Shown: positions 20,797 through 29,987 of the stretch, in pieces | Numbering within the stretch: the stretch's first letter is position 1 | Layout of the letters: each line of letters opens with the position of its first letter | Origin: an uncultured delta proteobacterium | GTDB lineage: Bacteria; Desulfobacterota; Binatia; UBA9968 | Assembly: GCA_963745835.1 (NCBI GenBank) | Contig: CAVUZH010000003.1 | Location: 672,001 to 736,000 of the forward strand | Length of the DNA stretch: 64,000 bases | Direction: 5' to 3' | Notes under the pieces: model-generated | Database searches by the model: none | Seen by the model: only the letters and a program-made list of their open reading frames with translations | What the model was told of the DNA's origin: nothing | Made by a program: the position numbers and the translations under genes

Positions 20797-21228
20797 GTGG
20801 ATTGGTTATTTCAAACGACTGACTCGTTGTCCTATGTGTTTTTACGTTTTGGCTTGGCGGTGACGTTTTTTTTTCACGGTACCCAGCATGCATTCGGCTG
20901 GCACGGGGGCAAAGGCATCAAAGATCAGGTTGCTAACTGGCGCAACAAGTATCACATTCCTGTTGCCATCGGCATGTTCGGCACCTTCGTCGAACTATTT
21001 ACCGTAGTCTCGATGGCGCTTGGTTTCTTAGTCCGCCCCGCAGCTTTCTTTCTGGCGATCTTCATCGCGACGGCCATGTTCAAAAGCCATTGGGGTCACG
21101 GTTTTTTTCTGCAGCAAAAAGGCGGTGGAAGCGGCATCGAATATACCCTTGCGCTGCTGCTCATGGCGTTGGCGCTTGTGTTTGGCGGCGCCGGGGCGTT
21201 CTCAATCGACCGGATGATCAGTCGCTAG
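20797..21228 (+). CDS. DoxX family membrane protein
   Basis: FLRFGLAVTFFFHGTQ, GIEYTLAL and GAGAFSID motifs. Confidence 0.9.
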   Translation: MDWLFQTTDSLSYVFLRFGLAVTFFFHGTQHAFGWHGGKGIKDQVANWRNKYHIPVAIGMFGTFVELFTVVSMALGFLVRPAAFFLAIFIATAMFKSHWGHGFFLQQKGGGSGIEYTLALLLMALALVFGGAGAFSIDRMISR

Positions 21229-21339
21229 AATTCCTCAGGCCCTATTAAGAGCTGTACCATAATGGCCCAGCTCTTTCGTGAAAATTATTAAGTATTAAAT
21301 CGATGATTCATTAGCTGATCATTGAAAGGAGAGTTACGG

Positions 21340-23172
21340 ATGGAAATAGGCGGAACAAAGAGCGATCTCTCACGACGTGACTTGGTGACAACCACGGCAA
21401 CCGCGGATGACGGGGATGAGAGCTTCGGACCCGGCACCTTGGGCGCCAGCTATGGGAAGGTGCCGCAGAGCTGGGATTTTGAAGCCGACGTGGTCGTGAT
21501 AGGTTCGGGGGCCGCCGGTCTTCCCGCCGCTATCCGAGCGGTCGAAGAGGGCGCTTCAGTGATCGTGGTCGAAGCCAATTACGACGTCGGCGGCCACGCC
21601 ATCTTGAGCGGCGGCAATGTTCCGCTCGGCGGCGGCACCAGCGCCCAGAGAAAATTCGGTATCGAGGATTCTCCTGATGTGGTCTTTAGCGATCTGACCG
21701 ACTGGTCGATTGTGCAGCCGAATGGTTGGCCGGATTACCGCTACAACGATCGTGAGGTGATGCGCGCCTTTGCTGATCACTGCGCGCCGACTTATGAGTT
21801 TCTTGTCGCCAATGGCGTGGAGTTCAAGGACATCCCGCCGGACAACCAAGGGGCGCATACCACCGGCAACTCGGCGCCGCGGGAAAATCATACGTTCTGG
21901 AAGAAGGGCGCGGGGCCGGAAAGCCCTAACGCCCGCCCGGGAACCGGTCTTATCCGGCCGCTCGAGGCAAGCGCGCGCAAGAAGGGCGTAAAGTTCCTGT
22001 TAAACTATAAGATGACAAGCTTGATCCGTGAGACGCAAGGCGCGCGGCGGGTGGTCGGGATGGCAGCGTACTACCGCCCGCGGATTATGCCAGGTGAGTC
22101 GAAACCGCTGAAAAGCTTTCGCACCGATGGCAATATCGACAGCACCAAGCACAACGTGAACATTCGCGCCAAAAAGGGGATCATCGTCGCCACCGGCGGG
22201 ATGACCAGTAATTTGCCTTTCCGCCGCATGTTCGACCCGCGTCTAACCGATGTCTTGCAGGTTGCCGGAGAGCCTTACTCCTACCAGGACGCCAGCGGCG
22301 AACTGGCTGGCATGGCCATTGGCGCATCGCTCTGGGGCTTTGCCAATCAGATTTTGGAAAACGGCGATAACATCCGGACCCAACGCGCCATCGGCACAAA
22401 ATTCAACTACATGACGTGGGAGCTCGAGAGCCCGATCTTCCCGGTGGTTAAAGCCCAGGGATTGAGCGTCAAGAATTGGCACGATCTCATTTTAGTCAAT
22501 CAGGTGGGCAAGAGATTCTATGATGAGACCAAGGGTGACTACCCGCACGGCAATGTGTGCAATGATATTTGCCCTTACACGCCCAACGATTATCGCAACA
22601 ATGAGAACATAGAATTTCATCCGACGAAGTATAACTTTTTCAACGCCGCCGTGGCGATGAACGAGTATTCCCAGCCGCCGGATTATTCCCCGGGTCCGGT
22701 ATGGGCGATTTTTGACGCCGACGCGGTCAATCGTAATGGTTGGAATGTGGCGCCGCCGTACGTGGATCCCGACGGGTATTTTTTCAGCGCAAACACGCTT
22801 GCGGATTTGACCGCAGCTATAAAGAACGAGTATCAGGCCAAGCCGATGAATGGCGCAACCTTGGAAGCGACGGTGGCCCGGTACAACTCGTTTGTCGATG
22901 CCGGAGAAGATAAAGATTTCGGCAAGCCGACGCCCAAATTTAAGATTCAGACGCCGCCGTTTTACGCTGCCTGGGGAACCCCGCTGGTTCACGACACTCG
23001 CACCGGTTTACGCATCAATGCGAAATGCCAGGTGATCGACCTAAACGGAAAGCTGATCCCGGGACTCTATTGCGCCGGCGAGTCGGCAGGCGGTTTTAAT
23101 CAGCACGGCATGGGGCGCTGCGCGACTCAGGGTTTCATCGCCGGCCGGAGTGCGGCGGTGGAGAAGGCCTAG
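21340..23172 (+). CDS. FAD-dependent oxidoreductase, fumarate reductase/3-ketosteroid dehydrogenase-like (FAD_binding_2)
   Basis: DVVVIGSGAAG, SGG, ATGG, GLRIN and IPGLYCAGE motifs. Confidence 0.85.
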   Translation: MEIGGTKSDLSRRDLVTTTATADDGDESFGPGTLGASYGKVPQSWDFEADVVVIGSGAAGLPAAIRAVEEGASVIVVEANYDVGGHAILSGGNVPLGGGTSAQRKFGIEDSPDVVFSDLTDWSIVQPNGWPDYRYNDREVMRAFADHCAPTYEFLVANGVEFKDIPPDNQGAHTTGNSAPRENHTFWKKGAGPESPNARPGTGLIRPLEASARKKGVKFLLNYKMTSLIRETQGARRVVGMAAYYRPRIMPGESKPLKSFRTDGNIDSTKHNVNIRAKKGIIVATGGMTSNLPFRRMFDPRLTDVLQVAGEPYSYQDASGELAGMAIGASLWGFANQILENGDNIRTQRAIGTKFNYMTWELESPIFPVVKAQGLSVKNWHDLILVNQVGKRFYDETKGDYPHGNVCNDICPYTPNDYRNNENIEFHPTKYNFFNAAVAMNEYSQPPDYSPGPVWAIFDADAVNRNGWNVAPPYVDPDGYFFSANTLADLTAAIKNEYQAKPMNGATLEATVARYNSFVDAGEDKDFGKPTPKFKIQTPPFYAAWGTPLVHDTRTGLRINAKCQVIDLNGKLIPGLYCAGESAGGFNQHGMGRCATQGFIAGRSAAVEKA

Positions 23173-23322
23173 AGAGAGATCCTTCAGTGTTACCGAGAAC
23201 CAGCACAAACACATTGACGTTATTGCAGAGTACTTTGATGTGATGCCGAAGTGATCATTTTTGTTGCACACACTAAAAGCTTTACCCGCCGGTGGTTTAG
23301 TAGATAGGCAGCTCGAAACCAA

Positions 23323-23360
23323 AAAGAAGGAGGTTTCCGCCAAGGCGGACCTCCTTCTTT
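23323..23360. terminator. Bidirectional intrinsic terminator
   Basis: AAAGAAGGAGGtttCCGCC-aa-GGCGG-ACCTCCTTCTTT between convergent genes. Confidence 0.7.
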
Positions 23361-23398
23361 CGAATGCGATCTCGAGAGACTTGCAGCTAGTTTGGCCG

Positions 23399-24262
23399 CT
23401 AAGCAGCTCGCCGAAACGTGCTTAACTGCCGGGCGATAAAATCCTTGACCATCTCGGCGGCTCGATCGGTCTGCGGTCCGGGTTCGGCGACCCACCTGTG
23501 TTCGCAGCCTGCGAAGATTTCCAGTTCACAGTCACCTCCGGCGGCGCGGTAGGATGCGGCGAACTTTTCCTGAGCCGATGGCAGCACATTGTCGTCCAAT
23601 TCACCCTGCATAATCAGCAGCGGCCGCAAGGTTACCGCCTCGCCGCGATCAAGAATTTCCTGTGGATTGCCTTCGTGGATGGTTTCCCATGGATTAAAAT
23701 AATTTTTGCTGTATCGCACCATCTCCTCGCGACCCATTTTCTCGGCGTGGTTAAACCGAGTAAAGGGATCACTTACCGGTGATCGCGTCGCCAAGTAGGC
23801 CAACGTGGCGTCGATATCTGCCGCTTCCGCCAGTGAATGCGCGCTGTAGCGCGGATCATGCGGGCGCATGGCGCAAAGTTCCATCACATGGCCTCCGCTG
23901 GAGCTGCCGAGCGCGCCGACCGTCTCCGGATCGCCGTTCCACTTGGCTGCGTTCGCTTTCAGCCAGCGCACCCCATAGTTGGCGTCTTGCACGGAAGCCG
24001 GATAAGGCGCTTCCGGCGCAACGGTCAGGTCGATGGCGACGACGAGAAGGCCGCTGGCCGCGAGTTTCTCGTCCATCGGAGCATTGGCTGTGCGGTCCTG
24101 GTTGTTCCACGCGCCGCCATGCACATCTAACAATGCCGGAAACGGCCCATCGCCTTGCGGCTGATAAATTCTTGCCATCAAGGTTCGCGCCGGAGCGCGA
24201 CGAAATTCCACTTCCGAAATCTTTACTTCAAAATTATCCGCGGGATTGTAGGCAAGACTCAT
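23399..24262 (-). CDS. Alpha/beta hydrolase (HSL-like esterase)
   Basis: HGGAW oxyanion loop, GSSSGG nucleophile elbow, GELDD and CEH. Confidence 0.9.
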   Translation of the reverse strand: MSLAYNPADNFEVKISEVEFRRAPARTLMARIYQPQGDGPFPALLDVHGGAWNNQDRTANAPMDEKLAASGLLVVAIDLTVAPEAPYPASVQDANYGVRWLKANAAKWNGDPETVGALGSSSGGHVMELCAMRPHDPRYSAHSLAEAADIDATLAYLATRSPVSDPFTRFNHAEKMGREEMVRYSKNYFNPWETIHEGNPQEILDRGEAVTLRPLLIMQGELDDNVLPSAQEKFAASYRAAGGDCELEIFAGCEHRWVAEPGPQTDRAAEMVKDFIARQLSTFRRAA

Positions 24263-24468
24263 GCTATCACCCTCCTGTGATGTTCAACGGACAAAATTCA
24301 AACGTAAATCGTTAAGGTACCAGGCCTCCACTGCTTCACACTCTCCCGGATGATACGCCGGTTAGGTTCAAAGCATCGACGAAGTTATCAATTGAGTATG
24401 GTTCCGGCGCGCTCTTAGCGCGCGCCAAACTGCCTGCGAGCAACCATTCCGAAACAGAAACTCAAAAA

Positions 24469-24663
24469 CTAGTCGTGCGCTGCTTCAGCGTTACCTCGAA
24501 TCCATTCTTTGATGCCGGTTTCTTCTTCGTCCTTGTGCGCATGGTGTGTTTTGGCGTGGAGCCATCCAAGCTCGACGACTTCGTCGATCGATCCCGAGAT
24601 GGTTACCGTGCAGCCCTGATCGCTGGGAAATTTTCTGCAATCGACTTTGTATCGATCGGCCAT
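24469..24663 (-). CDS. DUF1059-family small metal-binding protein
   Basis: VDCRKFPSDQGCTVTISG...HAKTHH; AAGGAG RBS. Confidence 0.75.
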   Translation of the reverse strand: MADRYKVDCRKFPSDQGCTVTISGSIDEVVELGWLHAKTHHAHKDEEETGIKEWIRGNAEAAHD

Positions 24664-24860
24664 TTGAACAATCTCCTTTCGCCACAGGATTGTTTTGTCT
24701 GCTTCTGCCATATTACCGGTTGTAGGGAATTGCAACCGGAATTTCGATGTGAAACGGATACAAGTTGCCTGATCTGCCAGAAAAATGGTCACTACTGTTC
24801 GGGAGCGGGAATATATGATTTGATTAGATCACGGCGAGATCTAAACTGGAGGAACGGGTA

Positions 24861-25878
24861 ATGAGGGTAAAATCTCTATTGGCTGGATTGTTGGCGCTTT
24901 GTATCGTTCTCAGTTTCAGCGCATCTGCGCCGGCGCAATCTTCGAAGCTGTCGCAGTTAAAATTGGCCGTTTCTACTGCGACTCCGCATAACACCCCGCT
25001 TTGGGTCGCTAAGGGACAAGAAAATATTCGAAAAGTATGGGCTCGATGTCCAGATGTTATTTGTCATGGGCGGATCGCTCGTTAGCCAGATGTTGGCGGC
25101 CGGTGAAATCCAGGTGGCGGCAAATGCGCCCGCCGCTCTGGTGAGTCTAATTGCCGGTGGCGCCGACATCGCCATGTTTCTGGGAATCAGCAACACGTCA
25201 CCTTTTACTTTGATCACGCAGCCTGCGATCAAGACCGCGGCAGATCTCAAGGGGAAGCGCCTCGGCACGGCACGATTCGGCGGCTCCTCCCATATTTCAG
25301 CTTTGATTGCTCTGGACCACCTGGACCTGGATCCAAAGCGAGACAGGATCATACTGATGCAAACCGGCCTGGACCCAGAACGGATGGCGGCGCTGGAGCA
25401 AAAGGGGCTCGATGCCGCGATGCTGCAGCGGCTTGCTACCAAAACGATGATTGGCAAGGGGTATACCCAACTGTTAAATCTCAATCAGGCGAAGATTCCG
25501 TACCAGAATACGGTGCTGGCCTCGCGCAGAGATCAGATGGCGGCAAATCCGAAACTCTATGACAGCTTCATTCGCGCCGTAGTCGAAGGTTACGCTTACG
25601 TGTTTAACAAAGAAAACAAGCAATCGGTTAAGGAGGTTCTGGCGAGAAATCTTAGATTGCCCAACCCGGACGCGGCCGAAGATTTCTACGCAGAGGCCCT
25701 TGAGGAACTCGATCGCAAACCTTATCCGACGGTCGAAGGAACCCAAACTGTGATCAAATACGTTGCGGAGCAAAATCCGAAAGTGGCCTCAGTCAAAGCT
25801 GAGCGGATCGTCGATTCCAGCTGGCTAAAAAAACTCGACGACGAGGGATTCTTCGATAAGGTCTATAAGAGCAAATAG
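24861..25878 (+). CDS. ABC substrate-binding protein, NMT1/THI5/SsuA-like (one frameshift near 25015)
   Basis: Signal peptide in the 24861 ORF continues, after a frameshift in GCTAAGGGAC, into the 25054-25878 ORF (ADLKGKRLG, PYPTVEG). Confidence 0.85.
25258..25878 (+). repeat. 621-bp direct repeat, left copy
   Basis: Identical to 48950-49570 except for 5 substitutions found by manual alignment; both copies end at the TAG stop. Confidence 0.97.
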
Positions 25879-26555
25879 CCGGATGTGGTTGCGGCGCACT
25901 GTTCGAGCCGTACATATCTTATAACTAAACGCGTTCTTCGAGTAAATGTCCAAAATGCCGTGCTGAGACTATGAATGTATTCTCAGTGTAAAGGGTTCCG
26001 ATGCGAACGATCGAACCGAGGCTGATGCTCTTGCCGTCAGGCGCGATGCCGTTCAGCGCCAGAGTTCTCGTCGGCGAGAAGTGAGTCTAGTTCTCATCGG
26101 TCGGCCCCGGCTTCAGTTCCCGGTACTCATCATTCCAAGAGCGATGCTCTAACGATTACAGCGGCGTCGGAAGTGACTTTGCTTACCGGTCCTATGTTGA
26201 TCGCCGACGCCGCGATCATCTTCCCGTCGATCATTCATTTACCTATCAAAATAACCAAGGTCAGCGACATTTTTCACGGATATCAATTGCGCACGTCTGT
26301 GACCCACAGCATCCGACGATAGCTTGCCTCCCCGGTTGGCGGAACGGGGACAGTTCTCGGCGGCCAGCAAAGCCACAGTCAGAAAATCTTTGCATTTTTA
26401 CTGGTCCCCTGAGTCTTAGCGGGGCGAAATGCAGTGTTTGTGCACGGAAGCTTATGCCCAGATATCCGTGCGCGCGCTTATCGGCTCCGATGCTGGAACG
26501 CCTGTAAGTCATTTTTCATCGAAACCGACCGTCGTCCCTTCTAGGAACTCACGCC

Positions 26556-26671
26556 GAGCTGTAACTTTATAACAGTAGAGCTCTACAGTATAAAATCTTC
26601 AGCTGATAGGGGCTTGCATTTGAGCTCTGGATTATGTTATCGCCAGCTCATGAGAACAACTCCGAGAGCTC
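26556..26671. repeat. Array of six SAGCTS hexamers at exact 22-bp periodicity in the dndB-like promoter region
   Basis: GAGCTG 26556, GAGCTC 26578, CAGCTG 26600, GAGCTC 26622, CAGCTC 26644, GAGCTC 26666; all spacers 16 nt and non-repetitive. Confidence 0.9.
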
Positions 26672-26697
26672 AGCATGCTGCGAGGTGAGGTGATTCA

Positions 26698-27807
26698 ATG
26701 AAGGTCAGTTTTCCAGTTATGAGAGGGAACATAGGCGGGCGGCAATACTACTCATTGATGATCTCGCTTTCGGAAATTCCTCGGCTTTTTAAGTTTAACG
26801 ATTGGGAACAATGCACTCCGGATTTGCGCGCGCAGAGGGTTCTTAACAAGGCGAGGGTCCCCGACATTACGAAATACATACTCGAGAATGAGGACGGCTA
26901 TCTGTTTTCGTCGATTACAGCAGCCTACTCGTGTCCAGCGAATTTCCTAGCGTCAGCGGAGGACTCCGACATCGGCACGTTGGAGATGGAGTTGGAAAAC
27001 GTCGAGTTCATTATCAATGACGGCCAGCATCGTTGCGCCGCGATTGCCGCCGCGCTTAAGGAGAACCCTGCGCTGGGGAAAGATAAAATTTCAGTGCTCC
27101 TGTTTGAAACTGAAAACTCCGAACGGCTTCAACAGATGTTTTCGGATTTAAATCGGTTCGTCCAGCAGACCTCAAAATCGCTGGGCATGCTCTACGATCG
27201 TCGAGATAATCTTTCCGCGCTCACAATGGATGTATCTGAACAGGTGCCCGTCTTTCGGAGCATGGTAGACAAGGAGAAGGTTACGATTCCGCTGAGATCC
27301 CCCAAGCTCTTTACCATTTCCGCTTTATATGAGGCGAATGAAGAACTGTTGGGAAAGAAGATCGATAAAAGGGCGACAGCGGCCTACATAGAACTCCTCA
27401 ACACTGCTGTCGAATACTGGACGGAGTTGTCAAAGATCATCGGCGACTGGCAGAGAGTCAGAAATGGAGAACTCAGCGCTTCCGAACTTCGTCAAGAGAA
27501 AATCAACACTCACGCGGTCGTTTTGCGCGCTCTCGGAGGCGTCGGAAGAACGCTGCTCGGAAGATATCCTGAGGACTGGCAAATGAAACTGAGGCTTTTG
27601 GAGAAAATCGATTGGCGGAAGTCTGTGGGTGGTAGTGCGAATCCTCTGTGGGATGACGTGTGTATCACAGCGGGTTCAGTCGTCTCCAACAGGCAGGCAC
27701 GAGCGGCTACTTTGGCCGTCTTATTAAGAGAGATTGGCGAATCGCCAAATGGAAAGGTGACACACAGAGAATCCCGGGAGGTGACTAGTGCTCAAGCAGC
27801 CGAGTAA
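26698..27807 (+). CDS. dndB: DndB-like DGQHR-domain protein (ParB/Srx-like N-terminal fold), stand-alone
   Basis: RAQRVLNKARVP, YLFSSITA, INDGQHR, QQMFSDLN, YDRRD and KLFT motifs; GAGGTG RBS. Confidence 0.88.
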   Translation: MKVSFPVMRGNIGGRQYYSLMISLSEIPRLFKFNDWEQCTPDLRAQRVLNKARVPDITKYILENEDGYLFSSITAAYSCPANFLASAEDSDIGTLEMELENVEFIINDGQHRCAAIAAALKENPALGKDKISVLLFETENSERLQQMFSDLNRFVQQTSKSLGMLYDRRDNLSALTMDVSEQVPVFRSMVDKEKVTIPLRSPKLFTISALYEANEELLGKKIDKRATAAYIELLNTAVEYWTELSKIIGDWQRVRNGELSASELRQEKINTHAVVLRALGGVGRTLLGRYPEDWQMKLRLLEKIDWRKSVGGSANPLWDDVCITAGSVVSNRQARAATLAVLLREIGESPNGKVTHRESREVTSAQAAE

Positions 27808-29710
27808 CGGAAGGCGTCACAAAAAATCACGCGTTGCCGATCAGAAAAAATCTGCGGGCAGCAGTCAAAGTTCGATCGATAGCGAAATCACCAGTCATAA
27901 GGAAGATTTAAACACAACTCGCCTGCGGCAGTTGCTCCCGACTGCATGGAACATGATTCGACCATATTGGTCGTCGGAGGACCGCTGGGCGGCTTGGGGG
28001 CTGCTTACCGTCGTTATCGCACTCACGCTAGCGATGGTCTACATGAGTGTTCTTTTCAATCACTGGAACAACACTTTTTACACCGCTCTGCAGGAGAGAA
28101 ATCCTACAGTTTTTTTCGAGCAGCTGATCGGTCTTGCCTGGCTCGTGGGTTTTATAATCGTCTTTGCTGTTTATCAGCTTTATCTCAACCAAATGCTTGA
28201 AATTCGCTGGCGGCGCTGGCTTACCGAAAAATATCTTCGGGGTTGGCTGACTGACGGTGCCTATTATCGGATGCAGCTCATGGCGAGTGAAACCGACAAC
28301 CCGGATCAGCGCATCGCCGAAGACGTTCATCTGCTCATTTCTCATACGCTTTCGCTTGTCATTGGAGGTCTGCGTGCGCTGGTAACTTTGATTGCCTTTG
28401 TGACGATCCTCTGGGCGCTTTCGGGAACCCTGACAGTCCCGATTGGTGGATCATCCCTTACCTTGCCCGGTTACATGGTATGGGCAGCCATCCTGTATGC
28501 TATTGGCGGCACTTGGCTGACCCACTGGATCGGCCGCCCGCTCGTGCGGCTAAACTACGACAAGCAACGTTGTGAAGCCGACTTCCGATTCGGCCTGGTG
28601 CGCTTCCGGGAGAACAGCGAGGGAGTGGCGCTCTACCGGGGCGAGGCGGATGAGCTCCGTGGTTTTCGGGGACGGTTCGAGGCGGTGGTGATGAACTGGT
28701 GGGACATCATGCGCCGACAGAAGCGGCTGACCTACTTCACTTCAGGCTACCAACAAGCGGCTTGGATCTTCCCCTCGATCGTGGCGGCGCCACGCTACTT
28801 CAGTGGCGATCTTTCCCTCGGAGGGCTTATACAAACCATCGGCGCCTTCAGTCAGGTACAGGCTTCGCTTAGTTTTTTTATTGACTCGTATAAAACGGTT
28901 GCTGAATGGTGCTCGGTGGTTGAGCGGCTCTCGGGTTTCGAGCGCGCTCTTGAGCGCGTGCGCACTCAGGCGGCGACTGCTGGCGGCGTTCAGAACGTCT
29001 GCGGAGACGCGGATCTGATAATTAAGGATGTTGATCTCTATCTACCCAATGGTCAGCCACTTATCGCGGATGTGAATGTCTCCATCTTGCGCGGGGACAC
29101 CGTTCTGTTGGGGGGAGCTTCTGGTTTGGGAAAGAGTACGCTCTTCCGGGCCGTAGCCGGGATCTGGCCGTTTGGTCGCGGCGAGATCCGAGGACCTCGC
29201 GACCGCAATGTTCTCTTTTTGCCACAGAAGCCATACTTGCCGATCGGCACACTTCGGGAAGTGGTGAGTTATCCGATGCCGTCCGCGGGTGTGGACGACC
29301 TAACACTGCGCGAAGCGCTTGAGGCGGTCGGGCTCTCTCGGCTAGCGGGGAGGCTCAGCGAGGCCGGCAATTGGGCGCTCCAACTTTCGCCGGGCGAGCA
29401 GCAGCGCATCGCCTTCGCTCGAGCGTTGGTCCAGAAGCCCGATTGGCTGTTTCTCGACGAGGCGACCTCGGCGGTGGACGAGGCCACCGAGGCGCGGCTT
29501 TATCGACTGGTCGGTGAGCGACTCCCGGGAACGACGGTATTCAGTGTAGGCCATCGCGTGACACTACGTCCGTTCCACTCTCGCCATCTTTTGGTGCGGA
29601 CCAACGGGAACGGGCCCTCCTCCATCGTGGAAGTGACCGCCGTGCCTGAATCGGCTCGACGTGGCGTCGGCGTTGTTATGCGCGACGAAACAGCCGCAAT
29701 GGCTGGATAA
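27788..29710 (+). CDS. ABC transporter permease/ATPase fusion, SbmA/BacA-like ABC (YddA/BclA/ExsE) family
   Basis: DNPDQRIAED, EADFRFGLVRFRENSEG, Walker A GASGLGKS, LSPGEQQRIAFAR and LDEATSA; start uncertain. Confidence 0.9.
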   Translation: MLKQPSNGRRHKKSRVADQKKSAGSSQSSIDSEITSHKEDLNTTRLRQLLPTAWNMIRPYWSSEDRWAAWGLLTVVIALTLAMVYMSVLFNHWNNTFYTALQERNPTVFFEQLIGLAWLVGFIIVFAVYQLYLNQMLEIRWRRWLTEKYLRGWLTDGAYYRMQLMASETDNPDQRIAEDVHLLISHTLSLVIGGLRALVTLIAFVTILWALSGTLTVPIGGSSLTLPGYMVWAAILYAIGGTWLTHWIGRPLVRLNYDKQRCEADFRFGLVRFRENSEGVALYRGEADELRGFRGRFEAVVMNWWDIMRRQKRLTYFTSGYQQAAWIFPSIVAAPRYFSGDLSLGGLIQTIGAFSQVQASLSFFIDSYKTVAEWCSVVERLSGFERALERVRTQAATAGGVQNVCGDADLIIKDVDLYLPNGQPLIADVNVSILRGDTVLLGGASGLGKSTLFRAVAGIWPFGRGEIRGPRDRNVLFLPQKPYLPIGTLREVVSYPMPSAGVDDLTLREALEAVGLSRLAGRLSEAGNWALQLSPGEQQRIAFARALVQKPDWLFLDEATSAVDEATEARLYRLVGERLPGTTVFSVGHRVTLRPFHSRHLLVRTNGNGPSSIVEVTAVPESARRGVGVVMRDETAAMAG

Positions 29711-29840
29711 TGGTCATCGAACGATTACGATTCTTTCACGTGAGGTCCTGGTGTGCGCGGGTTGGATTGAACTGCCTGGTGAACAGGAAAAAAGTTGAAA
29801 CTTAGGCGCAACACCCGTGTGCGTTACAGCTACCTGCGGC

Positions 29841-29866
29841 TCGACAAATAGATTCGACAAATAGAT
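29841..29866. repeat. 13-bp tandem duplication
   Basis: TCGACAAATAGAT x2. Confidence 0.8.
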
Positions 29867-29987
29867 TCAACGTTGTCCCGCCCTCCAGTCTCCATACCTT
29901 GCCTCCACCAATGCCAAGGCGGATGGAGAAATAGCCGCGCTGCAGGCCGAAATTCCAGATCCCGTGCGGTTTTCCGCTCGACCCTGA

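Noticed and set aside
21365-21430. Tat signal (LSRRDLV) on the flavoprotein
   Set aside because: Followed by TTTATADDGDES with no hydrophobic region; vestigial at best.
26556-26671. CRISPR array interpretation of the 22-bp periodic array
   Set aside because: The conserved part is only 6 bp, spacers are 16 nt, there are no cas genes, and the array overlaps a promoter/RBS region.
26698-29710. Complete DNA phosphorothioation (dnd) system
   Set aside because: No dndA/iscS, dndC, dndD, dndE or dndFGH in the window; the downstream ATPase is a membrane ABC transporter, not DndD.
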